A stretch of DNA of 64,000 nt from Nitrosomonadales bacterium (lineage in GTDB: Bacteria > Pseudomonadota > Gammaproteobacteria > Burkholderiales > SG8-39): positions 1,712-65,711 of the forward strand of contig SBAS01000074.1 in NCBI GenBank assembly GCA_005240145.1. Direction: 5' to 3'. The notes below the pieces were generated by a model. The model was not told the DNA's origin and searched no databases. It saw only the letters and a program-made list of their open reading frames with translations. Shown here piece by piece: positions 1 to 9,626 of this stretch (the stretch's first letter is position 1; each line of letters starts with the position of its first letter). The position numbers and the translations under genes were made by a program.

Positions 1-750
1 CAGGTAGGCGAGCGCGGCGAGGTGCCCGGCCGCGAGATCCATGACGTGCAGGTAGTCGCGCACGCCGGTGCCGTCGGGCGTGGCGTAATCGGCGCCGTAA
101 ATCCGCAGCCGCGGCAGGCGTCCGAGCGCGACCTGCGTCAGGTAGGGCAGCAGGTTTTCAGGCACGCCGCGGGGATCCTCGCCCATTCGGCCCGAAGGAT
201 GTGCGCCGATCGGATTGAAATAGCGCAACGCGGCGTAGCGGAACCCGGCGCGCAGGGCCGCTTGCGCGGCGAGCAGGCGCTCGACCTGGAGCTTGCTCTG
301 CCCGTAGGGATTGGCAGGTTGCAGGCGATGACTCTCGGTGTACGGTAGTTGTTCGGGGACCCCGTAGACAGTCGCTGAGGAGCTGAACACGATGCGCTCG
401 ACGCCATGGCGCGCCATCGCCTTGAGCAAGATTGCCGTGCCGCCCAGGTTGTTGTCCCGGTACAGCGCCGGGTTGGCCATCGACTCGCTGACCGATTTCA
501 GGCCCGCGAAATGCATCACCGCTTCGATACCGGCACCCGCGAAGGCGCTCTCCAGCGCTGCCGCGTCGCGCACATCGGCGCGCACGAACTCGATCGCGGC
601 TCCGGGCGCGAGCTCGCGAATGCGCTCAAGGACTGAGGGCTTGGCGTTGCCCAGGTTGTCGATGATCAGCAGCCGGTGGCCGTCCCGCGCCAGCTCGACG
701 CAGGTGTGCGAGCCGATGTAGCCCAGCCCGCCGGTAACGAGAACGCGCAT
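1..750 (-). CDS. galE: UDP-glucose 4-epimerase / NAD-dependent epimerase, 3' end outside window
   Basis: Reverse strand from ATG at 750-748 reads MRVLVTGGLGYIGSHTCVELARDGHRLLIIDNL..., a GalE-type N-terminal Rossmann motif. The frame stays open to position 1. It is absent from the ORF track because it has no stop inside the window. Confidence 0.85.
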   Translation of the reverse strand, partial: MRVLVTGGLGYIGSHTCVELARDGHRLLIIDNLGNAKPSVLERIRELAPGAAIEFVRADVRDAAALESAFAGAGIEAVMHFAGLKSVSESMANPALYRDNNLGGTAILLKAMARHGVERIVFSSSATVYGVPEQLPYTESHRLQPANPYGQSKLQVERLLAAQAALRAGFRYAALRYFNPIGAHPSGRMGEDPRGVPENLLPYLTQVALGRLPRLRIYGADYATPDGTGVRDYLHVMDLAAGHLAALAYL

Positions 751-761
751 CGCGTGCCGCC

Positions 762-1556
762 TTACTTCAGGGCAGTGAGCAGCTGGGGAAAGACCTTGGG
801 GGTGGCGGCAGCGATCTCGCTGCCTTCCAGGTAGCCTGAATCGCCGGCAAGATCGCCGACCAGGCCGCCGGCTTCCTGCACCATGAGCGCGCCCGCGGCC
901 ACGTCCCAGGGCGAAAGCCCCAGCTCCCAGAACGCATCCAGCCGCCCGGCGGCGACATACGCCAGGTCGAGCGCGGCCGAGCCAGTGCGGCGTACGCCGG
1001 AGGCAGCCTGCATGATTTCCTTGAGCTGCCGGCAATACAGGTCGAGGCGCGGCATCTCCTTGTAGGGGAAGCCCGTGCCCACCAGCGCGTCCTTCAGCTG
1101 CGAGCACTTGGTGACGCGGATGCGCCGGTCGTCGAGGAAGGCGCCGCGCCCCTTGGAGGCGGTGAAGAGCTCGTTCTTCGCCGGGTCGTAGATGACGCCA
1201 TGCTCCAGCGCGCCGCGGTGCTGCAGGCCGATGGAGACGCAATACTGGGGCAGGCCGTGGATGTAATTCATGGTGCCATCCAGCGGATCGATGATCCAGC
1301 GGTAGTCGATTTTCTTGCCGTCGCCGGCGCTCTTGCCATCCAGCGCGCCCGATTCCTCGCCGAGGATGGCGTGGTCCGGGTAGGCTTGGCGGATGATGTC
1401 GATGATCGCCGCCTCCGCCGCCTTGTCCACCTGCGTGACGAAATCGTTGAGCTGCTTGGAGCGGATTTCGAGCTTGGTCCGATCGAGCGCGGCGCGGTTG
1501 ATGATGCTGCCCGCGCGGCGGGCCGCCTTGATGGCGATGTTGAGCAGCGGATGCAT
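762..1556 (-). CDS. suhB: inositol monophosphatase family protein
   Basis: 264-aa ORF with IMPase motifs ([13 protein letters not shown], the WDxAAG-like WDVAAG). Sits next to trmJ and iscR as in enterobacterial synteny. Confidence 0.9.
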   Translation of the reverse strand: MHPLLNIAIKAARRAGSIINRAALDRTKLEIRSKQLNDFVTQVDKAAEAAIIDIIRQAYPDHAILGEESGALDGKSAGDGKKIDYRWIIDPLDGTMNYIHGLPQYCVSIGLQHRGALEHGVIYDPAKNELFTASKGRGAFLDDRRIRVTKCSQLKDALVGTGFPYKEMPRLDLYCRQLKEIMQAASGVRRTGSAALDLAYVAAGRLDAFWELGLSPWDVAAGALMVQEAGGLVGDLAGDSGYLEGSEIAAATPKVFPQLLTALK

Positions 1557-1573
1557 GGGGCGCGTATTCTATT

Positions 1574-2302
1574 ATGGTGACTGCTTCCTCGCCGCTGTTC
1601 CGCACGCGTATCGTCCTCTGCCGCCCCAGCCATCCGGGCAACATCGGCGCCGCCGCGCGCGCCATGAAGACCATGGGCCTGGCCGACCTGCGCCTGGTCG
1701 CGCCGGAGAAATTTCCCGCGCCCGAAGCGCGCTGGATGGCGACCAACGCGATCGACGTGCTCGACAATGCGAGGATCCACGGCGGCCTGGCGGAGGCAAT
1801 CGCCGAGTGCACGGCCGCGTTCGCCCTGTCGGCGCGGCCGCGTGAGTGGTCGACGCAGGTACTCGGTGTGCGCGCCGCCGCCGCGCGCGCAGTGGAGCTG
1901 CAGGGCGACGTCGCGTTCGTTTTCGGCAACGAGCAGGCCGGACTGACGAACGACGAAATGCTCGCGTGCCAGTACCTGGTGCACATTCCGGCAAACCCGG
2001 GGTTCAGCTCGTTGAATCTCGCGCAGGCGGTGCAGGTGGTTTGCTACGAATTGTTTATGCTTTCAGGGAAAGAAGTTCCGGAAATGAAAGGTGAGAAGCC
2101 CGCAACGGTGGCCGATCTCGAAGGTCTCTATGCCCACCTCGAGCAGGCGGCCGTGCAAAGCGAATTCTTCGACCCGGCCTCGAACTCGAAGCTGCGCACG
2201 CGCTTTCGGCGCCTGTTTTCGCGCGTTCCGGACATGGAGCGGGAGGAGGTCAATATCGTCCGCGGGCTCCTGAACGCCCTGCAGAAGGCAAAGTCCAAAT
2301 AG
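1574..2302 (+). CDS. trmJ: tRNA (cytidine/uridine-2'-O)-methyltransferase, SpoU/TrmH class
   Basis: 242-aa ORF. RIVLCRPSHPGNIGAAARAMKTMG and a C-terminal SLNLAQAV motif are typical of TrmJ. Confidence 0.85.
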   Translation: MVTASSPLFRTRIVLCRPSHPGNIGAAARAMKTMGLADLRLVAPEKFPAPEARWMATNAIDVLDNARIHGGLAEAIAECTAAFALSARPREWSTQVLGVRAAAARAVELQGDVAFVFGNEQAGLTNDEMLACQYLVHIPANPGFSSLNLAQAVQVVCYELFMLSGKEVPEMKGEKPATVADLEGLYAHLEQAAVQSEFFDPASNSKLRTRFRRLFSRVPDMEREEVNIVRGLLNALQKAKSK

Positions 2303-2323
2303 TTGATCGTTTTACTCGGGCAC
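2299..2323 (+). promoter_or_regulatory. IscR type-1-like box upstream of cysE
   Basis: ATAGTTGATCGTTTTACTCGGGCAC resembles, from memory, the E. coli iscR-promoter site ATAGTTGACCAATTTACTCGGGAAT. It also resembles the two boxes at 3075-3128 in this window. Confidence 0.45.
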
Positions 2324-2338
2324 TTTAAAATACTGTTC

Positions 2339-3055
2339 ATGTTCAGGCGCGTACGTGAAGACATCGCCAGCGTTTTCGAGCGCGACCCGGCTGCGCGCTC
2401 GCTCTGGGAAGTGGTGACCTGCTATCCCGGACTGCATGCCATCTGGTTCCACCGCGTCGCGCACTTCTTCTGGCAATGCCGGCTGTCGTGGCTGGGCCGG
2501 TTCACCTCTCATCTCGGTCGCTGGTTGACCGGGATCGAAATCCATCCTGCCGCGGTTGTCGGCCGGCGCGTGTTCATCGACCACGGCATGGGCGTGGTGG
2601 TGGGTGAAACCGCGCAGATCGGCGACGACTGCACGATATACCAGGGCGTGACGCTGGGCGGCACGTCGCTCTATCGCGGCACCAAGCGCCATCCGACCTT
2701 GGGCAAGGGCGTGGTCGTGAGTGCCGGCGCGAAAGTGCTGGGAGGTTTCACCGTCGGGGATGGCGCGAAGGTCGGCTCCAACGCGGTGGTGTTGAAGGAA
2801 GTGCCACCTGGTGCGACGGTCGTCGGCATTCCCGGGCGCATCGTCGAAGAGAGCGCGAAGCGAAAAGACAAAGCCCAATTCGCTGCCTATGGCGTCGTGC
2901 CGGACCAGGAAGACCCGTACGCGAAGACCCTGCAATCGCTCGTCGAGCATGCGCAGGAACTGGAGCAGGCCGTATCGGCGCTCAGGGAAAAAATGCACCG
3001 CATGGAGCAAGCGAGCGAGCGCAGCAAGGCTGAGCAGCTAAGGTCAATCAAGTAG
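2339..3055 (+). CDS. cysE: serine O-acetyltransferase
   Basis: [21 protein letters not shown]... followed by hexapeptide repeats ([26 protein letters not shown]). I chose the ATG at 2339 rather than the TTG at 2303. Confidence 0.85.
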   Translation: MFRRVREDIASVFERDPAARSLWEVVTCYPGLHAIWFHRVAHFFWQCRLSWLGRFTSHLGRWLTGIEIHPAAVVGRRVFIDHGMGVVVGETAQIGDDCTIYQGVTLGGTSLYRGTKRHPTLGKGVVVSAGAKVLGGFTVGDGAKVGSNAVVLKEVPPGATVVGIPGRIVEESAKRKDKAQFAAYGVVPDQEDPYAKTLQSLVEHAQELEQAVSALREKMHRMEQASERSKAEQLRSIK

Positions 3056-3074
3056 CTGATTCGTAAAACTAATT

Positions 3075-3128
3075 ATACCCGATAACCTTACTCGGGATTT
3101 GCTATACTCGAGTACCTTGATCGGGTAT
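3075..3128 (+). promoter_or_regulatory. two tandem IscR type-1 boxes in the iscR promoter
   Basis: ATACCCGATAACCTTACTCGGGATT (3075-3099) and ATACTCGAGTACCTTGATCGGGTAT (3104-3128). Both are 25-mers of the form ATA-N3-GA...TCGGG, lying 23-76 bp upstream of the iscR ATG. Confidence 0.6.
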
Positions 3129-3150
3129 TGAAAAGGCAGGGCAGACAACC

Positions 3151-3621
3151 ATGAGACTCACGACCAAAGGCAGGTTTGCGGTCACCGCGATGGTGGATCT
3201 TTCCATGCGCCAGACGCGCGGCCCGGTGACCCTCGCCGCGATCAGCGAGCGCCAGCACATTTCGCTCTCCTACCTGGAGCAGCTGTTCGGCAAGCTGCGG
3301 CGCGCGAAGCTGGTGACCAGCGTGCGCGGGCCGGGCGGCGGCTATTGCCTGGCGCGGCCGACGGGCGGCATATCGGTGGCGCAGATCATCACTGCGGTGG
3401 ACGAGCCGATCGACGCCACGCAGTGCGGCGGCAAGGAAAACTGCATCGACGACCGGCGCTGCGTGACCCACGACCTGTGGGCGACGCTGAACGAGAAGAT
3501 GAACGATTACCTGAACTCGGTTTCGCTCGCCGACGTGGTCTCGCACGGGCAGGGCAAGCAGGTGCAGGTGATCAAGGATTTCCGCAGCAAGGAAACGACG
3601 CCGGAGAAAGTGGCGGCCTGA
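3151..3621 (+). CDS. iscR: Fe-S cluster assembly transcriptional regulator IscR (Rrf2 family)
   Basis: [18 protein letters not shown]... Rrf2 wHTH domain with Cys residues in [13 protein letters not shown]. First gene of the isc operon. Confidence 0.95.
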   Translation: MRLTTKGRFAVTAMVDLSMRQTRGPVTLAAISERQHISLSYLEQLFGKLRRAKLVTSVRGPGGGYCLARPTGGISVAQIITAVDEPIDATQCGGKENCIDDRRCVTHDLWATLNEKMNDYLNSVSLADVVSHGQGKQVQVIKDFRSKETTPEKVAA

Positions 3622-4829
3622 TGAAATTCCCCATCTACCTCGACTATTCCGCCACCACGCGGGTCGATCCGCGCGTGGCGCAGAAGATGATCCCGTTCCT
3701 CACCGAGCACTATGGCAACCCGGCGAGCCGCTCGCATGCTTTCGGCTGGAAGACCGAGGAAGCGGTCGAGGAGGCGCGCGCGCATGTGGCGGCGCTGGTG
3801 CGCTGCGACGAGAAGGACCTGGTGTGGACATCGGGCGCGACCGAGTCCATCAACCTCGCCCTGAAGGGCGCGGCGGAGTTTTACAAGACCAAGGGCAAGC
3901 ACCTGGTCACGGTCAAGACCGAGCACAAGGCGACGCTCGACACGATGCGCGAACTGGAGCGCCGCGGCTTTGAAGTCACTTACGTCGAAGTACAGCCCGA
4001 CGGCCTGCTCGACCTCACCAAGCTGGAGTCCTCGCTGCGCAAGGACACGATCCTGGTGTCGGTGATGTACGTCAACAACGAGATCGGCGTGATCCAGGAT
4101 ATTCCGGCGATCGGCGAGATGTGCCGCAAGCGCGGAATCCTGTTCCACGTCGACGCAGCCCAAGCGACCGGCAAGCTCGATATCGATCTGCAGGCACTGA
4201 AGGTCGACCTGATGTCGTTGACCGCACACAAGACGTACGGCCCGAAGGGCGTGGGCGCGCTGTACGTGCGGCGCAAACCGCGCGTGCGGCTCGAAGCGCA
4301 GATGCACGGCGGCGGCCACGAGCGCGGTTTGCGCTCAGGCACCCTGGCGACGCACCAGATCGCGGGCATGGGCGAGGCGTTCCGCCTGGCGAAGCTCGAA
4401 ATGGCCGCCGAGAACGAGCGCGTCCGGGCGATGCGCGACAAGCTCATGGCGGGCATGAAGCAGATGGAGGAAGTGTTCGTCAACGGCGACCTCGCGCGCC
4501 GCGTGCCGCACAACCTGAACCTGAGCTTCAATTTCGTCGAGGGCGAATCGCTCATCATGGCGGTGAAGGACATCGCGGTGTCCTCGGGCTCGGCCTGCAC
4601 CTCGGCCTCGCTCGAGCCGTCCTATGTGCTGCGCGCGTTGGGCCGCTCGGACGAACTGGCGCACAGTTCCATCCGCTTTACGCTGGGCCGCTTCACGACG
4701 CAGGAAGAAGTGGACTATACGGTCAACCACCTCAGGACCAAGGTGGAAAAGCTGCGCGATCTGTCGCCGCTGTGGGAAATGCACAAGGATGGCATCGATC
4801 TGTCCACGGTGCAGTGGGCTGCACACTGA
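3621..4829 (+). CDS. iscS: cysteine desulfurase IscS
   Basis: [13 protein letters not shown]..., a PLP motif ([12 protein letters not shown]) and the active-site loop SSGSACTS. The ATG at 3621 overlaps the iscR stop (TGATG). The track ORF starting at 3345 is an upstream extension artefact. Confidence 0.95.
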   Translation: MKFPIYLDYSATTRVDPRVAQKMIPFLTEHYGNPASRSHAFGWKTEEAVEEARAHVAALVRCDEKDLVWTSGATESINLALKGAAEFYKTKGKHLVTVKTEHKATLDTMRELERRGFEVTYVEVQPDGLLDLTKLESSLRKDTILVSVMYVNNEIGVIQDIPAIGEMCRKRGILFHVDAAQATGKLDIDLQALKVDLMSLTAHKTYGPKGVGALYVRRKPRVRLEAQMHGGGHERGLRSGTLATHQIAGMGEAFRLAKLEMAAENERVRAMRDKLMAGMKQMEEVFVNGDLARRVPHNLNLSFNFVEGESLIMAVKDIAVSSGSACTSASLEPSYVLRALGRSDELAHSSIRFTLGRFTTQEEVDYTVNHLRTKVEKLRDLSPLWEMHKDGIDLSTVQWAAH

Positions 4830-4849
4830 AGTAAACCGGAGCAGGCAAA

Positions 4850-5260
4850 ATGGCATACAGCGAAAAAGTACTCGACCACTACGAAAACCCGAGGAACGTC
4901 GGTTCCTTCGACAAGGGCGACGACTCGGTGGGCACCGGCATGGTGGGCGCGCCGGCCTGCGGCGACGTCATGAAGCTGCAGATCAAGGTGGGCAAGGACG
5001 GCGTCATCGAGGACGCGCGCTTCAAGACCTACGGCTGCGGCTCGGCGATCGCCTCCTCCTCGCTCGTCACCGAGTGGGTCAAGGGGAAAAGGCTCGATGA
5101 GGCCGCGAGCATCAAGAACACACAGATCGCTGCCGAGCTGTCGCTGCCGCCGGTGAAGATCCACTGCTCGATCCTGGCCGAGGACGCGATCAAGGCCGCC
5201 GTCGAGGATTACAGGAAAAAACACGGCAAGGATCAGACCGCAAAAGAGAAGGCGGCCTGA
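4850..5260 (+). CDS. iscU: Fe-S cluster scaffold IscU
   Basis: [49 protein letters not shown]. Confidence 0.95.
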   Translation: MAYSEKVLDHYENPRNVGSFDKGDDSVGTGMVGAPACGDVMKLQIKVGKDGVIEDARFKTYGCGSAIASSSLVTEWVKGKRLDEAASIKNTQIAAELSLPPVKIHCSILAEDAIKAAVEDYRKKHGKDQTAKEKAA

Positions 5261-5268
5261 TAGATCAC

Positions 5269-5592
5269 ATGGCCGTTACTCTTACCGAAAAAGCCGCGAC
5301 GCACGTGCAGAACTTCCTCGCCAGGCGCGGCAAGGGCGTGGCGCTGCGCCTGGGCGTGCGCACCACCGGCTGCTCCGGCATGGCCTACAAGCTCGAGTAC
5401 GCCGACGCGGTGGGCCCGGACGACCTGCAGTTCGAGAGCCACGGCGTCAAGGTGGTGATCGACCCGAAAAGCCTGCCCTACCTGGACGGCACCGAGCTCG
5501 ATTTCGCCCGCGAAGGCCTGAACGAGGGGTTCAAGTTCAACAACCCCAACGTCAAGGACGAGTGCGGCTGCGGCGAGAGCTTCAACGTCTGA
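5269..5592 (+). CDS. iscA: iron-binding Fe-S assembly protein IscA
   Basis: 107 aa with the C-terminal CGCGESF motif. Confidence 0.95.
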   Translation: MAVTLTEKAATHVQNFLARRGKGVALRLGVRTTGCSGMAYKLEYADAVGPDDLQFESHGVKVVIDPKSLPYLDGTELDFAREGLNEGFKFNNPNVKDECGCGESFNV

Positions 5593-5596
5593 GGGT

Positions 5597-6103
5597 TTGA
5601 AGAATCATTTCGAGTTGTTTGGGCTAGTTCCGGCCTTCGCGCTGGACCTCGAGCTTCTGGACCGCGCCTACCGTGACATCCAGTCCAAAGTGCACCCTGA
5701 CCGATTCGCGCAGGCCGGCGACGCCGAGCGCCGCGCCTCGATGCAGATGACCACGCAGGTGAACGAGGCCTACCGGACGCTGAAGAGTCCCGTCCGGCGC
5801 GCAAAATACCTGCTTGAACTGAATGGGGTCGATGCCGGCTTCGAGACGGATACTGCGATGCCCCGCGACTTCCTGGTGCAACAGATGGAACTGCGCGAGA
5901 AGCTCGAGGAAGCGCGCAGCGCTGATTCCTTGAAGTTGCTTGAAACTGACCTTTCGAATTCGAAGAAAGAAGTCGAAGCACAGATTGCGCAGGCAGTGGC
6001 AAGGCGTGACTACGAGGGCGCTTTGGAGCCCCTAAGAAAACTCATGTTCCTGGAAAAGTTCGGCGACGCAATAGACGCCGGATACGAAGCACTGGATTCC
6101 TGA
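5597..6103 (+). CDS. hscB: co-chaperone HscB (J-domain)
   Basis: J-domain with HPD (VHPDRF). Lies between iscA and hscA. Confidence 0.9.
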   Translation: MKNHFELFGLVPAFALDLELLDRAYRDIQSKVHPDRFAQAGDAERRASMQMTTQVNEAYRTLKSPVRRAKYLLELNGVDAGFETDTAMPRDFLVQQMELREKLEEARSADSLKLLETDLSNSKKEVEAQIAQAVARRDYEGALEPLRKLMFLEKFGDAIDAGYEALDS

Positions 6104-7971
6104 TGGTGCTGTTCCAGATCTCGGAGCCGGGGCAGTCGCCCGAGCCGCACCAGCAGCGGCTCGCGGTGGGCATCGACCTCGGCACGACCAACTCGCTCGT
6201 CGCTACCGTGCGCAGTGGCGCTGCCACGGTGCTGCCCGATGCGCAGGGCCGTTCGCTGCTCCCCTCGATCGTGCGCTACCTGCCCGATGGCAAGTCGGCG
6301 GTCGGCTATGCGGCGCAGGCGCACCAGGCCGACGACCCGAAGAACAGCATCGCCTCGGTCAAGCGCTATATGGGAAGGGGTCTGAAGGACGTCGCGCATG
6401 CCGAGAACGCCCCCTACGACTTCGTCGACGCGCCCGGCATGGTGCAGCTCAGGACCGTTGCGGGCGTGAAAAGCCCGGTCGAGGTCTCGGCCGAAATCCT
6501 GAAGGTACTGCGATCGCGGGCGGAGAAGTCGCTTAACGGCGGCCTGACCGGGGCGGTGATCACCGTGCCCGCCTACTTCGACGATGCGCAGCGCCAGGCG
6601 ACCAAGGACGCGGCGAAGCTCGCCGGCCTGAGCGTGCTGCGGCTGCTGAACGAGCCTACCGCCGCGGCGATCGCCTACGGGCTGGAGAACTCCAGCGAAG
6701 GTACTTACGCCGTGTTCGACCTGGGCGGCGGTACGTTCGACATTTCCATCCTCAGGCTTTCCAGGGGCGTGTTCGAGGTGATCGCCACCAACGGCGATGC
6801 GGCGCTCGGCGGCGACGACTGGGACCAGCGCGTGTTCTGCTGGATCGTCGAGGAGGCGAAGCTCGCGCCGCTTGCGCCGCGCGACATGCGCTCGCTGCTG
6901 GTGAAGGCGCGCGAGGCCAAGGAATACCTGACCGGGCATGGGGAGGCGCACGTCAGCGCCAGGCTGAGCTCGGGGGAATTCGTCGACGTGAGGCTCGACA
7001 CCGAGACCTTCGCCCGCATCACGCAGCACCTGGTGGACAAGACGCTCGGTCCCGCGCGCAGGGCGCTGCGCGACGCGGGCCTCGCGGTGGAGCAGGTGAA
7101 GGGCGTGGTGATGGTCGGGGGTGCTACGCGCATGCCGCAGATCCAGCGCGCCGCGGCGGAATTTTTCCGCCGTGACCCGCTCAACAACCTCGACCCCGAC
7201 AAGGTGGTGGCGCTGGGCGCCGCGATGCAGGCAAACGTGCTCGCCGGCAACAAGCCGCAGGGCGAGGACTGGCTGCTGCTCGACGTGATTCCGCTTTCAC
7301 TGGGGATCGAAACCATGGGCGGCCTCGCCGAGCGCATCGTGCCGCGCAACACGACCATCCCTTGCGCCAAGGCGCAGGAATTCACCACCTTCAAGGACGG
7401 CCAGACCGGGATGAGCTTTCACGTCGTGCAGGGCGAGCGCGAGCTCGTCTCCGATTGCCGTTCGCTCGCGCGCTTCGAGTTGAAGGGCATCGCGCCGATG
7501 GTGGCGGGAGCAGGGCGCGTGCGCGTGACCTTCCAGGTGGACGCCGACGGACTGCTGTCGGTGTCGGCGCAGGAAAAGACCAGCGGCGCGGAGGCATCGG
7601 TGAGCGTCAAGCCTTCCTACGGCCTGGGCGACGCCGACATCGAGCGCATGCTGCGCGATTCCTTCGAGCACGCGAAAGAGGACATGCATGCGCGCGCGCT
7701 GCATGAACACAGGGTGGACGCGCAGCGGCTCATCGATGCGACGCGGACCGGATTGAATGACGACGGGAATTTTCTTTCATCTTCGGAGATTTCCTTAATT
7801 GAAGAAAAAATTGAATCTCTGGAGACACTTCTGCAAACAGTGGATCCCCGCGCCATCAAGCTCGCGAGCGACGCGCTCAACAAGGCCACCGAGGAATTCG
7901 CCGCGCGCCGCATGAACGCCAGCGTGCGCAGCGCGCTCGCCGGCAAACGCATCGCGAGCTTCGATGCCTAA
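6103..7971 (+). CDS. hscA: Fe-S assembly chaperone HscA (Hsp70 family)
   Basis: [18 protein letters not shown] and the wider Hsp70 architecture. ATGA-type overlap with hscB. Confidence 0.95.
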   Translation: MVLFQISEPGQSPEPHQQRLAVGIDLGTTNSLVATVRSGAATVLPDAQGRSLLPSIVRYLPDGKSAVGYAAQAHQADDPKNSIASVKRYMGRGLKDVAHAENAPYDFVDAPGMVQLRTVAGVKSPVEVSAEILKVLRSRAEKSLNGGLTGAVITVPAYFDDAQRQATKDAAKLAGLSVLRLLNEPTAAAIAYGLENSSEGTYAVFDLGGGTFDISILRLSRGVFEVIATNGDAALGGDDWDQRVFCWIVEEAKLAPLAPRDMRSLLVKAREAKEYLTGHGEAHVSARLSSGEFVDVRLDTETFARITQHLVDKTLGPARRALRDAGLAVEQVKGVVMVGGATRMPQIQRAAAEFFRRDPLNNLDPDKVVALGAAMQANVLAGNKPQGEDWLLLDVIPLSLGIETMGGLAERIVPRNTTIPCAKAQEFTTFKDGQTGMSFHVVQGERELVSDCRSLARFELKGIAPMVAGAGRVRVTFQVDADGLLSVSAQEKTSGAEASVSVKPSYGLGDADIERMLRDSFEHAKEDMHARALHEHRVDAQRLIDATRTGLNDDGNFLSSSEISLIEEKIESLETLLQTVDPRAIKLASDALNKATEEFAARRMNASVRSALAGKRIASFDA

Positions 7972-8311
7972 GCTTTCCATCCTGCCGCACGCGGTGCTCT
8001 GCCCGGGCGGGGCCGAATTCGAGGCCGCACCCGGCGAGACGCTTTGTAACCTGCTGCTCGCCAAAGGCATCGAGATCGAGCACGCCTGCGAGAAATCCTG
8101 CGCCTGCACGACCTGCCATGTGGTGCTGCGCGAAGGCTTCGATTCCCTGCAGGCGGCGGAGGAAAAGGAAGAGGACCTGCTCGACAAGGCCTGGGGGCTG
8201 GAGGCGACTTCGCGCCTCGCCTGCCAGGCGCGCCTGCGCGATACCGATCTGGTGATCGAGCTGCCGAAGTACACCATCAACTACGAGCGCGAGGGAGGGG
8301 GAAACAAATGA
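7964..8311 (+). CDS. fdx: ISC-type [2Fe-2S] ferredoxin
   Basis: [12 protein letters not shown]...LACQ cysteine pattern of adrenodoxin-type Fdx. Confidence 0.9.
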   Translation: MPKLSILPHAVLCPGGAEFEAAPGETLCNLLLAKGIEIEHACEKSCACTTCHVVLREGFDSLQAAEEKEEDLLDKAWGLEATSRLACQARLRDTDLVIELPKYTINYEREGGGNK

Positions 8312-8502
8312 AGTGGACTGACTCGCGCGATATTGCCCTCTTGTTGTTGGAACGATTTCCCGACCAGGACCCGAAAGCGGTGAATTTCGTCGACCTGCGC
8401 AACTGGGTGCTGGAACTGCCGGGCTTCGACGACGACCCGAAGCGCAGCGGCGAGAAAATCCTCGAAGCGATCCAGATGACCTGGATCGAGGAAGCCGACT
8501 AG
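8308..8502 (+). CDS. iscX: Fe-S assembly protein IscX
   Basis: 64-aa acidic protein ([13 protein letters not shown]...) as the last gene of the isc operon. Confidence 0.85.
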   Translation: MKWTDSRDIALLLLERFPDQDPKAVNFVDLRNWVLELPGFDDDPKRSGEKILEAIQMTWIEEAD

Positions 8503-9626
8503 GGCTGTTCGGCCGGCGCCGGAGCGCTTGGCTCCATCGCCGCGATGGCCTGCTCCGGGAACACGACGTCGCGCAGCAGGCGCGTGACGAAGTAACTCTT
8601 GCCCGTGCCGCTCATCAGCGCGCCCGTGTGGCGCTCGAGGTGGAAGGTGCGTGACATCGCCGCGAGCACCCGGTCGATCGGATTGCCTTCCTGGGTGCCG
8701 CTGGTGTAGTAGACCCCGCGCAGCTGCAGCGGGAAGTGATTCACCTGGGTGCCGAAGGACTGGGCGAGAAATTCGCCCACCAGCGGCCCGACGCTGTGGG
8801 ACTGCTGCGGGAAGCGGTAGATCGCCGCGCGCCGCTGCAGGTCGGGTTCCTCGTGCAGGCGCGCCATCATCTCCGCGCCAAGGCGCTCTTCCAGCGCCGC
8901 GAAATCCTTCATGTAGGGCTGGGCGATCAGCGCCGGGTCGATGCCGCGGTCGAAGGTGGTGCCCCAGACCTGCATGCGCGCTGCGTGGTCGTAGTCGCCG
9001 AAGAATTCTGTGAACCCCGCCAGCAGGTCCATTTTCGTCACCAGCACGTAGATCGGGAAGCGCTCGCCCAGCGCCGCGTACATTTCCGACAGGCGCATGC
9101 GCACATGGGCCGCGAACCTGGCGCGCTCCGCCTTCGCCCACAACATCAAGTCGAGCACGCTCACCGCGACCAGCGCGCCGTTGAGCGGCCGGTCCGGGCG
9201 CGACTGCTTGAGCAGCGCGAGGAAGCCGTGCCAGGCGGCGGCGTCGGCCTTGCGGTCGCTGTCGTGCGTCGTGTAGCGGCCGGCGGTGTCCAGCAGCACC
9301 GCCTCGTCGGCGAACCACCAGTCGCAGTTGCGCGTACCGCCGACGCCGGGAACCGAAGCGCCCGATTCGGCGCTGTAGAGCGGAAAGCGCAGGCCGGAAT
9401 TGAGCAGCAGCGTGGTCTTGCCGGAACCCGGCGCGCCGATCATGGCGTACCAGGGCAGTTCCTCGACCGCGCGCGGCCGGCCGTCAGGATTGGGAAAGCG
9501 GGCGTCCTCCAGGTCCGAGGCCGCCTGCTTGAAGCGCGCCTGGATCGTCGCGAGCTCCTTCGCCACGCGCTCATCGGCGCTCTTGTCGGCGCCGCCGCCC
9601 GCCGCAATCTGGTCGAGCAGGCTCAT
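8499..9626 (-). CDS. TssM/IcmF-like cytoplasmic P-loop NTPase domain only (no TM helices, no periplasmic domain)
   Basis: From ATG 9626: MSLLDQI...LPWYAMIGAPGSGKTTLLLNSGLRFPL (G1/Walker A), VLLDTAGR (G3 DxxG), LVTKMDLL (G4 TKxD), ...YFVTRLLRDVVFPE. These match the IcmF/TssM N-terminal cytosolic domain. The start overlaps the upstream OmpA-domain stop (ATGA at 9623-9626). It is about 375 aa, whereas canonical TssM exceeds 1000 aa. Confidence 0.7.
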   Translation of the reverse strand: MSLLDQIAAGGGADKSADERVAKELATIQARFKQAASDLEDARFPNPDGRPRAVEELPWYAMIGAPGSGKTTLLLNSGLRFPLYSAESGASVPGVGGTRNCDWWFADEAVLLDTAGRYTTHDSDRKADAAAWHGFLALLKQSRPDRPLNGALVAVSVLDLMLWAKAERARFAAHVRMRLSEMYAALGERFPIYVLVTKMDLLAGFTEFFGDYDHAARMQVWGTTFDRGIDPALIAQPYMKDFAALEERLGAEMMARLHEEPDLQRRAAIYRFPQQSHSVGPLVGEFLAQSFGTQVNHFPLQLRGVYYTSGTQEGNPIDRVLAAMSRTFHLERHTGALMSGTGKSYFVTRLLRDVVFPEQAIAAMEPSAPAPAEQP

